From Anaeramoeba ignava BMAN (lineage: Eukaryota; Protista; Anaeramoebae): a stretch of DNA of 64,000 nucleotides. Both the position numbers and the translations under genes were made by a program. Of the stretch, positions 10,480 through 23,259 are shown piece after piece; position 1 is the stretch's first letter; each line of letters opens with the position of its first letter. The notes beneath the pieces were generated by a model. It was not told the origin of the DNA. It did no database searches and saw nothing but the letters and a program-made list of their open reading frames with translations. Location: positions 10,273 through 74,272 of the forward strand of contig JAPDFW010000023.1 of the NCBI GenBank assembly GCA_028826165.1, in the 5' to 3' direction.

Positions 10480-13400
10480 GAAATATTTCTTTTTTTGGAA
10501 ATGTTTTGATTTGAGTTTGAGGTTTATAAAGGAAATAAATTTGGAAATAAATTTGGAAATTTTGTTGAATAAGAAAGGAATGAATGAATAAATAAATAAT
10601 AAATAGTTTTTTTCAAAGTTATTCAAAAGTAGAATTAAATAAAATCTTCCAAAATTTGAAGATAAATATTTTAAAGAAGATTTGTTGAGTATTTATATAA
10701 TAATTGATTTATCTTTATAATATTTGTGAATTTGGAAATATTTTGAAATCAAATTTGTTTTGAATTATATTTTGGATTAAGTAAATGAACAGATATCATG
10801 TTTTTTAAAAAGAATTTTGAATATTTCTTGATTAAATTGATTTAAATAATAAATTAAATAAGAGTTAGAATTTTGATATTTATATCATTTTCCAATATTT
10901 AAGTAAAGAGAATTGAAATTTAAAAGTGATTTGGGGATTTTGAAGATTATTTTCATTTGTTTCATTTTGTTTTTCCAATAAGGATTTAATTTCTCAATTT
11001 TAAAGAAGTTAGAATTTATAAATAATTTTTTTTGTTGTTGTTAAATAATTAAGATTAATGAACAGAAATAACTTGTTATTGTTTAGAATTTTGTGAATTT
11101 AAATTGGATTTGAAATTGAATTTAATATTTTGAAAAAGAATTTTCTTGTTTGATATTAATGGAAATCTTTTCAAAATGGAATGATTAATAAATATTTATG
11201 ATTAGGAATTTTGTAACTTTATCAATTATTTTGGAGAAATGAAGAATAATTTTGTATTAAATTAAATTAAATTAAATTAAATTAAATTAAATTAAATTAA
11301 ATTAAATTAAATTTATTGATAAAATTGAGTTCTATCTATTATATTTTTTGAATAGATTAAATAGAAGTATATTTCCTTGAAATAAATAAAGAATTTGTGA
11401 ATATTATTGAAATTATTAAGAAATGTATTTTCAATTCAATTCAATTCAATTTAATATTCTTTTTCTTGAAGAAAATAATTGAATAATAATTTTTGAAATG
11501 GAAATAAATAATATTCTGGAAACTGGAAATATTTCTAAAGAGAAAGGATATATAAATTATTCAAAAATGTTGTTGAATTTTGTTAATTTTGTTTTAAAAT
11601 ATAAAAAGTTGTAATTAATCATCAATTTCAAAATATTTGTGGAAAATATTCTTTTTGTGTGTGTATTGAATAATTGATATTTACAAATAAAAGGAGAAAT
11701 ATTTTGTGAAGATTTGTGAAAATAAGTATTCATTGATATCAGTAATTTTTTATTCAAAAAAAAATATTCAAGAAATATATTTTGATTTTATCTTTTTTTT
11801 CAGTTTCAAGAAAATGGAAAAATTTCCATAATTTCAATATTTGGTTAATTGTTTATTTGTGATATTTTGATTCAAGAAAGAAATAAATATCCAAATTATT
11901 GTTTTAAGTTATTGAATATATGTATCAAGTGTTTCCAATGCAAAAGTAAATTGAAGATATTTAAATAATTTTCATAAATTCTTGAAATAATAAAAATGGA
12001 AATAAGTATTTCTGTTTATGGATTAAATTGTTGAATATATGTAAGATAGATATTTTAGTTGTTGATAATAATTCAAATTCTTCTTTCTTTTCATAATATA
12101 AATAAAATAAAATAATCTTGAAAAATTGTGAGATTTGAGAAATATTGATTAAATTGGAAGAAAATATTTCTGTAATGATGTAAACAGTTAGAAAGTTTGT
12201 TTTTGAAAGGGAAATGAATGAAAATTGTTGTATATTCAATATTAAAAGATCAAATAATTGTTGAAATATTTTGGAAATCAAGAATATTTTCTTTTCTTTT
12301 CATTGTAAATGTTTCAATTTGTGGATTATCTCTTAATTGTTATTCTATTTTTTTCTTAATAGAAAAATTTATATTAAATAAAATTCTTTCTTTCTTTCTT
12401 TCTTCTTTTAAATTTCTTTTTAAAATATCCAGTAATGTTAAATATCAATACTTTTCATTTAATTCAAATATTAAAATGAATTCTGTAATAAGATCTATAA
12501 AAAAAACAGGAGAAACAAATAAGAATTAATAAAATATTTCATGTGTTAATTATAGATTTTAAGGAAATATTTTGGTTATTAATTTAATTCCACAAATTTC
12601 TTCTTCTTCTTCTTTTTCGAATAAGAAATAACATTAAAAAGAGAATATAAAGGTTTTTCTTTATAATATCAATAAATAGATTATGAAAATACAGTAAGTT
12701 TGTTATTGTTTGTTTTATGTTAAATTCTTTTTTTGATTTTGAAATGTAGAATTGTTTTAAAATATCAATTTTTAAGTTCTTTTTCTTCTGTAAAATATTC
12801 CATAATAATATTTGGTTTTATCTTGATATTTGATTTATTGATTTCAAATTTTTTTCCAATTAGATTCAATCTATTTTCTTTGTGTTTCTATTCAAAGATT
12901 CTGTTTTAATATCAATTTTATCAACTGAAATATATTTTTTTTATTGTATTATTTTTGAATTGAGAAAAGAGATATAATGTTATTGGTGAATTTTTTTTTT
13001 GATTTAATACAAAGGTGAAAACTTGAATATTTATCAATTTGATTTCCTTTTTCTTTTATTATTATTTTTTTTGTTTTTGTAATTAAATTTTCATAATCAA
13101 AATTAATGTAAATTTGATTTGATTTATTTTAAATATTATGAAGAGATATATTTATTTTGTTGATTATAATTTTGTTTGAATTTCATTTCAATTTGTAAAT
13201 AATTTGATAATTTAAATTATTTGTGTTTTGATAATTGAAATTTATTGTTAGATTTCTTTTTTTGTAGAAAATGTATCAATTTTGATTTTTTGATTTGGGA
13301 ATTTTGTTTCATAATTTTATTCAATTAATATAATAAGTTTCATTTTCAAAATTATTTTTTTTTGAATATAAAGAAATAATTTATAAATTTTTGAGAGTTT

Positions 13401-13600
13401 TTATTTAATAAATTCTATTGTATTCCTTTTTTAAATAAATAAAAAATTATTTTGGAATTTGAATTAAAAAAAATTTTAAATCAAATAAAATAATTTACTA
13501 TTGAATAATAACAATCATCTTCAATTTTCTAAATTGTTTTAATAATTATTTCTTGAATAAAATCAGCAATTTCAAATCATTTTTGAAGCAAAGAATTTTG
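10480..13600 (-). pseudogene. Heavily decayed coding-like relic, possibly a Penelope-like element RT
   Basis: Non-repetitive, strand-skewed, no long ORF. Minus-strand remnants IHK (~12015-12023), NIEIMEIFP (11815-11841), QNISPFICK (~11680-11708), FEIDD (~11618-11634) and PF (~11500) fall in the order and rough spacing of PLE motifs PKxHK, DxxSLYTNIP, MGSPLSP, YxDD, FLD. Each match alone is weak. Confidence 0.3.
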
Positions 13601-14199
13601 AAATTTTCTTTAATAATAATATCTAAATATTTCTTCAATTTTAATTTCTTCATTATTAATTTTAACATATTTATATCTATTTTTAAATCTATTTTGAATT
13701 AATTTAGATAATAAATTCTTTTTATAAATTATATAAATAAATTATTTTATATTTTAATTTTAATTTTTATTATTTAATTTTTTGATTAAATTTATATTAA
13801 AAATGATTAAATTATTTTGTTAATTATTTAATAAGAAATTAAATAATAAAATTATATTTTATATTATTAATTTATTTCAAATTAATTTATAATTTAAATT
13901 TAATTAAATATTATTATTTAGATTTATTTAATATTATTTTATTTTTGGAAATAAAATTAATTAAATTTATTTTTTTTTGATTTAAATTTATTTTTATTTT
14001 TAAATCAATTTTGAATTAATTTAGATAATAAAATCTTTTTATAAATTATATAAATAAATTATTTTATATTTTAATTTTAATTTTTAAAATTTTTTTTATT
14101 TTTATTAATTTTATTTTTGAAATTTTTATTTGATTTTTTCTTTTTTTCTTTTTATTTTTTTAATTTAGAAAAAAACAAAAAAAATGAAAAAAATGAATA

Positions 14200-14710
14200 A
14201 AAGTTTTAAAATCATTTCTTAATTAATTTTTTATTGCAAAATAATAAATAAATTATTATTAAAAATTAAGTAAAATAATAAATAAAATATTTTAATTAAA
14301 TTTATTTCATTATTTTTAATAATAATAATTTAATATTAATAATAAATTCTTTTTGAAATCATTTCTTAATTAATTTTTAATTGCAAAATAATAAATAAAT
14401 AATAATTAAAAATTAAATAAAATATTTATCTTAATTTTTGTTTCAAATTTATTTCTTTATTTTTAATAATATTTATTTATTATTAATAATAAATTCTTTT
14501 AAAATTATTTCTTAATTAATTTTATTTTAAAAATAATAAATTAATTATAATTAAAAATTAAATAAAATATTTATCTAATTTTTGTTTTAAATTTATTTCT
14601 TTATTTTTAATAATATTTATTTAATATTAATAATAAATTCTTTTTAAAATCATTTCTTAATTAATTTTATTACAAAATAATAAATTAATTATTATTAAAA
14701 ATTAAATAGA
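14200..14710. repeat. ~146-bp tandem repeat, ~3.5 copies
   Basis: aaatcatttcttaattaatttt..caaaataataaa at ~14208, 14356, 14500, 14647. Confidence 0.8.
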
Positions 14711-14719
14711 ATTGAATAT

Positions 14720-15422
14720 TTTTTTAGTGTTTGGTATTTCCTTTCATTTTCTAAAGGTAATTTTTATATTTATATTTATATTTATAAATATTCTTTGAAA
14801 AGAAAAAAAAATGAAAAATGAAAAATGAAAAATGAATTTGGAAATTTAAAAATAAAAATTATTAAAAAACAAAAACAAAAACAAAAACAAAAAACAAAAA
14901 ATGAATTAGAAATAAATTATTGATTTATTTTATTTTATTATTTATTAATCAATTAATGATATTTTCCAAAATCAAAATCAAAATGTATTTATTATTTAAA
15001 AATAAAAATAAAAATAAAAATAAATAAAGTAATTTAAAATGATAAATAATTTAGAATAATAGATAAATCTAATCTAATTTAATCTAATTTAATTTAATTG
15101 AAAAAAGAAATTCCATTAATTAATTTTGATAAATTATAATTATAAATAATGATAGATATTAATAAATATAAATTTAGATTTTTTTTGGAATTATTTTTAT
15201 TTTGGAAATGGAGATGAATAAAATAAAATAAAATAAAATAAAATAAACATTTTATCTAATATAAATATAAATATAAAAATAAATTAGAATAAATATTAAT
15301 TATAAATAGAATAAAATTAATTAATTTATTAATTTATTTTTGGAAATTAAAATAAACTTACAAATAATAAATTAGTTAATAAAGTAATTTTTGGATTTAG
15401 ATATTAAATTTACTTGAAATAA
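14720..15422 (+). repeat. Dispersed repeat block X, diverged copy (relatives at ~18565-19140, 19790-20050, 56770-57470, 58330-59020)
   Basis: Shared motifs gaattagaaataaattattgat, gatattttccaaa, gaaaaagaa, ggagatgaataaaata, ttaataaagta..gatttagatattaaatt. Confidence 0.8.
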
Positions 15423-15488
15423 AATATATAAATATAAATATATAAATATAAATATAAATATAAATATAAATATAAGAAAGGATCATAT

Positions 15489-15636
15489 CGCGTACTTTGT
15501 CGTTTTTCGAGTAAATGCCCCAATGTCTTTCAACTTCACCTCCCCCAATGCACCGGCCTTCGGCCTCTCCGCTACGCTACGGCGGGGAGGCTCAGTTGAC
15601 GACTTGGGGCTTTACACGAAGACGACAAATGTCGCG
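15489..15636. other. GC-rich ~148-nt imperfect rod hairpin of unknown class (ncRNA or ssDNA structure)
   Basis: Nested pairings cgcg/cgcg, tttgtcgt/acgacaaa, ttcg/cgaa, gtaaa/tttac, gccccaa/ttggggc, gtc/gac, caact/agttg, cctcccc/ggggagg; the apex holds ggcc-ttc-ggcc and gc-tac-gc. Confidence 0.8.
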
Positions 15637-15762
15637 TTTCTTATTTATTTCTTTTCATTATTGTTCTTATATTGTTCAATTTTGATTAGAATTATTAATT
15701 ATTAAATTGATTTTAAATTGATTTAATTTGGATTGATTAATAATTAATAATTAGAAATAAAT

Positions 15763-15870
15763 AAGGGCGTAGACTCGGGTGAGTATGTTAACACCAGCTT
15801 TTTCTTTGGGCGGGTGGCTAATTTCAAAGCTTAAAACATTGCCAAAGATGAACATCCCCTTTTTTTTATT
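15763..15870 (+). ncRNA. Candidate ~100-nt small structured RNA ending in oligo-T (family unknown)
   Basis: GC-enriched island; terminal complementarity aaggg/ccctt; internal stems ggtg/cacc and tctttgg/ccaaaga; followed by a run of 9 T resembling a Pol III terminator. Confidence 0.4.
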
Positions 15871-16559
15871 TTTATTTTTATTTTTATTTTTATTTTTATT
15901 TTTATTTTCAAATTTTCAATAGATTTATTTATATATTATATATATAAAAAAAAAGAAAAATGAAAGAAGAAGAAAAAAATGAATTCCACTTTTTAAAAAA
16001 AAAAATCCACAAAAACATTTTTTTTCCATTTTTTCTTTCAATTTTTTTTATTTAAATTTAGAATAATTTTAATTAAGGAATTGTATCTAAATTTCAATTA
16101 CTTTGAAAGTTTATATTTATATTTATTTTCATTTTCATTTTTTTTGTTTATATTATTTATTTACTTCAATCTTTTATTATTTATTTATTTATTTATTTAT
16201 TAATTAATTAAAATCTAAAATAATTTTTAATTTATAAATAAATAAATAATAAATTAATTAATTAATTACATTCAAAGTTTACATGATTTTTATTTTTATT
16301 TTGATTTTGATTTTGATTTTGATTTCAAAAATGTTAAATAAATAAATAAATAAATAAAAAATCATTTCTTTTTATTTTATTTATTGAAAATATAAATATA
16401 AATATAAATATAAATATAAATATAAATATAAATATAAATATAAATATAAATGTTATTTTTTATTTAAATATAAAATTCTTAAAATGAAAATAAATCAATT
16501 CATTTTTTTTTGTAAAAATTTATTTATTCAATAAAAAAATAAATAAAATAAATCATTTT

Positions 16560-17688
16560 AAAAAATAAATCTAAAAATAAATCTGAAAATAAATCTGAAA
16601 ATAAATCTGAAAATAAATCTGAAAATAAATCTGAAAATAAATCTGAAAATAAATCTGAAAATCAATCTGAAAATAAATCTTAAAATAAATCTAAAAATAA
16701 ATCTGAAAATAAATCTGAAAATAAATCTAAAAATAAATCTGAAAATAAATCTTAAAATAAATCTGAAAATAAATCTGAAAATAAATCTAAAAATCAATCT
16801 GAAAATAAATCTGAAAATAAATCTAAAAATAAATCTGAAAATAAATCTGAAAATAAATCTGAAAAAAAATAAATCTGAAAATAAATCTGAAAATAAATCT
16901 TAAAAATAAATTAAAAATAAATCTAAAAATAAATCTGAAAATAAAATAAATCAAAATAAATCTGAAAATAAATCTGAAAATAAATCTGAAAATAAATCTT
17001 AAAAATAAATCTGAAAATAAATCTGAAAATAAAATCAAAATAAATCTTAAAAATAAATCTGAAAATAAATCTGAAAAATAAATCTGAAAATAAATCTGAA
17101 AATCGAAAATAAATCTTAAAATAAATCTGAAAATAAATCTGAAAATAAATCTGAAAATAAATCTGAAAATAAATCGAAAATAAATCTGAAAATAAATCCA
17201 AAAAATCAATCTTAAAATAAATCTGAAAATAAATCTGAAAATAAATCTTAAAAAATAAATCTGAAAATCAATCTGAAAATAAATCTGAAAATAAATCTGA
17301 AAATAAATCCAAAATAAATCTAAAAATAAATCTGAAAACAAATAAATCTAAAAATAAATCTAAAAATAAATCTGAAAATAAATCTGAAAAATAAATCTGA
17401 AAATAAATCTAAAAATAAATCTGAAAATTGAAAAAAATCTGAAAATAAATTTGAAAATAAATTAAAAATAAATGAAAATAAATCCCAAAAAATCTGAAAA
17501 TAAATCTGAAAATAAATCTAAAAATAAATCTGAAAATAAATCTGAAAATAAATCTAAAAATAAATCTGAAAATAAATCTAAAAATAAATCTGAAAATAAA
17601 TCTGAAAATAAATCTGAAAATAAATCTGAAAATCAATCTGAAAATAAATCTTAAAATAAATCTAAAAATCAATCTGAAAATCAATCAA
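16560..17688. repeat. 12-bp tandem array (AAAATAAATCTG)n, ~90 copies
   Basis: Directly visible, with variants TCTA, TCTT and ATCAATCTG; it generates the spurious FRFI and KSEN ORFs. Confidence 0.97.
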
Positions 17689-20049
17689 TTTATTTTTCGT
17701 TATTTTTGTTTTAAATTATCAACAACAACAACAACAAGAACAATAACAACAATAAGAAATTTCCTTCAATAAATGTAAATTAAAATTAAAATTAAAAATT
17801 AAAAATTTAGAATTAATATTAATAAATTTATTTTGTTAATGAATAGTTTTTTTTGTTTTGATTATTGATATTGAAAGAAAAATTGATTTTAATATTATTA
17901 TTAATATTAATATTGATTATTTTTTGATTTTTTGATTTTTGATTACATTTTAAATAATTAAAAAGATTTTGTTAATTATTTTTGAATCTTATATTAATTA
18001 ATTTAGAATCAATTAATTAATTATAAATTCTTTTCATTTTTGATTTTTGATTTTTGATTTTTGATTTTTGATTTTTGATTTTATAAAGATTACATTAATT
18101 AAAATGTTTTTGAAAGTGAATATATTTTTGTTTTTGTTTTTAAAAAATAAAAGCACTAATCAAAATTTTCAATTTAAAACCTATTTAACCTAATAAAAAA
18201 TAATAAATAAATAATTATAGAAAATAAAATAAATATAAAATTAATAATAGAAATAAAATAATTAATTTAAAATTTATTATTTAATTATTTATAATTGAAA
18301 TAAAAATAATAATAATTAAAATAATTAAATAATTAATAATAAAAATAAATAATAAAATATAATTTTATAATTTAAAATAAATATAAAATTAATAATAGAA
18401 ATAAAATAATTAATTTAAATTTATTATTTAATTATTTATAATTGAAATAGAAATAAAATTAAATTTTTAAATTTTTAAGTAAATAAATAAATAAATTTAC
18501 TTTTGAATTGAATTGAATTGAATTTGAATTGGATTGAATTGGATTGGATTGGATTGAATATTTTATTAGTTTTTGAGATTTCCTTTCATTTTGTGAAGGT
18601 AATTTTTATTTTTATTTTATTTTATTTTTATTTTTATTTTTATTTTTATATTTATTCTCTGAAAAAAATGAAAAATGAAAAAAATGAAAAATGAAAAATG
18701 AAAATTAGAAAAATAATTTATTTATTAATTATTAATGATATTTTCCAAATCAAAAATCCATTTATTTATAAATAAAAATATAAATAAAAATAATTTGGAA
18801 TAAATTAATAAATGAATAATAAATAAATAAATAAATAATCAGATAAATTGAATCTAATATAATCTAATCTAATCTAAATGAAGTGAAAAAGAAGTTTCAT
18901 TAATTCAATAAATAAATAAATAATTAATTAATTTTGGTAAATTGTGGATTATAAATAATGATTTTTTTTTTGGAAGAATTGAAAATGAATAAAATAAAGA
19001 TTTTATCTAATATAAATATAAGTAAAATTAATTAATTAATTTATAAATTTATAAATTTTGTGAATTAAAATAAACTTACAAGTAAATTAGTTAATAAAGT
19101 AGTTTTGGATTTAGATATTAAATTGTCTTGAAATAAAAAGTTTTCAAAATAAATAAAAATAATTAAATAATTAATAATAAAAATAAATAATAAAATATAA
19201 TTTTATAATTTAAAATAAATATAAAATTAATAATAGAAATAAAATAAATAATTTAAATTTATTAATAATAAAAATAAATAATAAAATATAATTTTATAAT
19301 TTAAATTAAATATAAAATTAAGAATAGAAATAAAATCAATAATTTAAATTTATTAATAATAAAAATAAATAATAAAATAATAAAATGATAAATATTTTAA
19401 AATGAATACAGACATTTTAAGGAATTCCAAAAACTTATAAAAAAATTAATAATCAATTTTTATTTTTATTTTTATTTTTATGGAATATTTTGAATCAATA
19501 AAAAGAAAAGAAAAGAAAAAGAAAAATTGGATTTTTAATTTATTTATTTTAGATAAAAATATTAAAAGAAATGAAACAAACAAAACAAAACAAATTTGAT
19601 GATTTTTTTTTGTTTCTAAATAAAACATATAAAAATAATATCAATTTGATTTTTTTTATATTTATATTTAGATTTTTATTTTCAGAACAAATTATCAATA
19701 GATTTTGAATTTTGATTTAATTTAAATTTGGATTTTAATTTTGAATTTAAATTTTTAAATTTGATTTAAATTTAAAATTTTTTGAAATTTAAATTTTGAA
19801 AATGGAAAAAAATGAAATGAATTAGAAATAAATTATTGATTGATTATTAATTAATTGATTGATATTTTCCAAAATCAAAATTTATTTAATAAAAATAAAA
19901 TAATTTAAAATAATAAATAAATAATAGATAATAATCAGATAAATTGAATCTAAATGAAGTGAAAAAGAAATTTAATTAATTACCTTTGATAAATTATAAA
20001 TATAAATAATGATATAAATAAGTATAAATTTAGATTTTTGAAATTATTG

Positions 20050-21640
20050 ATTTTTTATTTTTGAATTTAAATTATTAAATTATTTATTATAAATTTGTTT
20101 ATAATATATATAAATAAATTGATTTTTATTTTTAATTTAAATTATAAATAAATTGAAAATTAAATTTATATATTTTATATATAGAGAGAAATTGATTTTT
20201 TATTTTTTGAATATAAATTATAAATAAATTGAAAATTAAATTAATAAATTATTTTATTATAAATTTGTTTATAATATATATAAATAAATTGATTTTTTTA
20301 TTTTTAATTTAAATTATAAATAAATTAAAAATAAATTTATATATTTTATATATAGAGAGAAATTGATTTTTATTTTTGAATATAAATTAAATAAATAAAT
20401 TGAAATTAAATGAAATTAAATTATTCAAATTATAAATTAAATTTTATATAAATATATATAAATTTTGATTTTTATTTTAAATTGAAAATTATAAATAAAT
20501 TGAAAATTATATTTAAAATAAAATTTAAAATAAATTAAATTTTTTATATATAAATGAAAATAAATTGATTTTTATTTTTGAATATAAATTATAAATAAAA
20601 TCCAAAAAAATTAAATTAATAAATTATTTTATTATAAATTTTATTTATATTATATATATAAATAAATTGATTTTTATTTTTTTAATTTAAATTATAAATA
20701 AATTAAAATTAAATTTATATATTTTATATATATAGAGAGAAATTGATTTTTATTTTTGAATATAAATTATAAATAAATTGGAAATTAAATTAATAAATTA
20801 TTTTATTATAAATTTGTTTATAATATATAAATAAATTGATTTTTATTTTTAATTTAAATTATAAATAAATTGAAAATAAATTTATATATTTTATATATAG
20901 AGAGAAATTGATTTTTATTTTTTTGAATATAAATTATAAATAAATTGGAAATTAAATTAATAAATTATTTTATTATAAATTTGTTTTATAATATATATAA
21001 ATAAATTGATTTTTTATTTTGAATTTAAATTATAAATAAATTGAAAATTAAATTTATATATTTTTATATATAGAGAGAAATTGATTTTTATTTTTGAATA
21101 TAAATTATAAATAAATTGAAAATTAAATTAATTAAATTATTTTATTATAAATTTGTTTTATATATATATAAATAAATTTTTATTTTTTTTTAAATTTAAA
21201 TTAAAATAAAATTAAAAAAAAAATAATTTTATATATTTTATATATAGAGAGAAATTGATTTTTATTTTTGAATATAAATTATAAAAATAAATTGAAAATT
21301 AAATTAATTAATTATTTTTATTATAAATTTGTTTTAAATATATATAAAAAAATTGATTTTTATTTTAAATTTAAATTATAAATAAATTAAAAATTAAATT
21401 TATATATTTTATATATAGAGAGAAATTGATTTTTATTTTTGAATATAAATTATAAATAAATTGAAATTAAATTAATTAATTATTTTATTATAAATTTGTT
21501 TTATAATATATAAAATAAATTGATTTTTTATTTTTAATTTAAATTATAAATAAATTGAAAATTAAATTTATATATTTTATATATAGAGAGAAATTGATTT
21601 TTATTTTTGAATATAAATTATAAATAAATTGAAATTCAAA
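20050..21640. repeat. ~170-bp satellite (TATATAGAGAGAAATTG landmark), ~8-9 copies
   Basis: GAGAG landmark at 20184, 20355, 20735, 20900, 21073, 21247, 21418, 21586 (adjacent spacing 165-174 bp). Confidence 0.95.
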
Positions 21641-23259
21641 TTAATTATATAAATATTAAAAATGAAAATGAATTGAAATGAAATGAAATTAAATTATATT
21701 TAAAATAAATTAAATTGTAAATGAAATTAAAATGAAATTTTGAATAAAATAATAAATGAAAATAAATAAATAATTATTCTAAAAATATAAAAAGAATTAC
21801 AAAATAAAAATCAAATCCAAAAAGAATATTTAATAAAAATATATTTTTATTAATATATTTATTATTCTGATATTATATTTATTATATTATTTATTAATAT
21901 AATATTGATAATAAATTTGATTCCATTATTATATTAATTTTGAATATATATTTTGATTTAATATTTATTATTTAAAAATGTTTAAAATATATAAATTGGA
22001 ATAAAATTTGATTTTTTTATTTTTTTTGATTTATATTTATATAAATTGAAATAAAGTTGATAAAAATATTATTTATTTTGATTTATACTTTTAAAAATTT
22101 ATTTTTATTTTTAAACATTTTATATTATATATATTTTGAATTTATATTTATTATTATATATTTATTAATTATATATTCATTCATTATATTTATATAATAT
22201 AATTAATATTCATTTTTATTTATTATTTTTCATTTCAAATTTATTTATTTTAATAATTAATAATAATAAATTTTGATTTATAATTAATTAATTAATTAAT
22301 TTTAATATTTTTATTTTATTAATAATTCAATTATTATTTTCAAAATTTATTTTTATTTATTTTATTAATTTTATTTTTGATTTTTCAAAATTCATTTACA
22401 CAAAATAAAATGAAAATAAAATAAATTACAATTAAAAATATTTTATTTATTTAATTTATAAAATATAAAATATGAATTAAATTGAATTAAAATTAAATTA
22501 AATTGAAAATTAAAATGAAAATAGAAATTAAATTGTAAAATGAAAATGAAATTGAAAATGAAAATTAAATTAAAATTGAAAATGAAATTGCAAATAAATA
22601 AATAAATAAATAAATAGAAGAAGAAGAAAAAGAAGATAAAATATATATTATATTTTAAAAATTGATTATTAATAATTAAATTAATAAAAAAAAACAAAAA
22701 TTAAAATTAAATTAAATTAAATTAAATTAAAATAAATATTTATTTATAAATATTTTAATTTACAAAATACTAAAAATATATATATCAAATATAAAAATAA
22801 ATTTCAAAATTAAAAACATAAATTAAAAATAAAAATAAAAAATAAATTAAATTATGAATAAATTATGAATAAATTATTATTAATCCCCTTATGCTCCTTC
22901 AACCCAAACCAATTTTAATTTACTTTTTATTTCCTTTATAAATTAACTATAAATGAAATTGAATATAAATTTGAATTAAAATAAATGTAAATCAAATGGA
23001 ATTATGTTGTAAATTAATTCAAAACATACTTCAATTTTGTTTTACAATTAAAGTGAAATAATTATTTTATATTAAATCAAATAAAAAATATAATAAAATA
23101 ACTCAATTCAATATTGGTTTATTTTTTGTTCTATTTTAATTCAAAATAATTGAAAATCAAAATAAATCAATGAAAATCAAATAAAATTGAAATAAAATTG
23201 AAAAATAACTTTTTAAACATAAATTCGTTTTAATAAATAAATAAAATGAAAATAAAATA

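Noticed and set aside
15476-15636. Assignment of the rod to U3, SRP RNA, or hammerhead/HDV ribozyme
   Set aside because: Only a GGATCAT word resembles U3 box A; I found no C/D boxes, SRP helix-8 motif or ribozyme catalytic core.
15523-15705. 60-aa ORF over the GC island
   Set aside because: The island is explained by base-pairing symmetry; the ORF runs into AT-rich low-complexity sequence with no recognisable motif.
16558-17684. ORFs with FRFI / FQIY / KSEN repeats
   Set aside because: Translations of the 12-bp array; frequent indels break frames and there is no non-repeat coding context.
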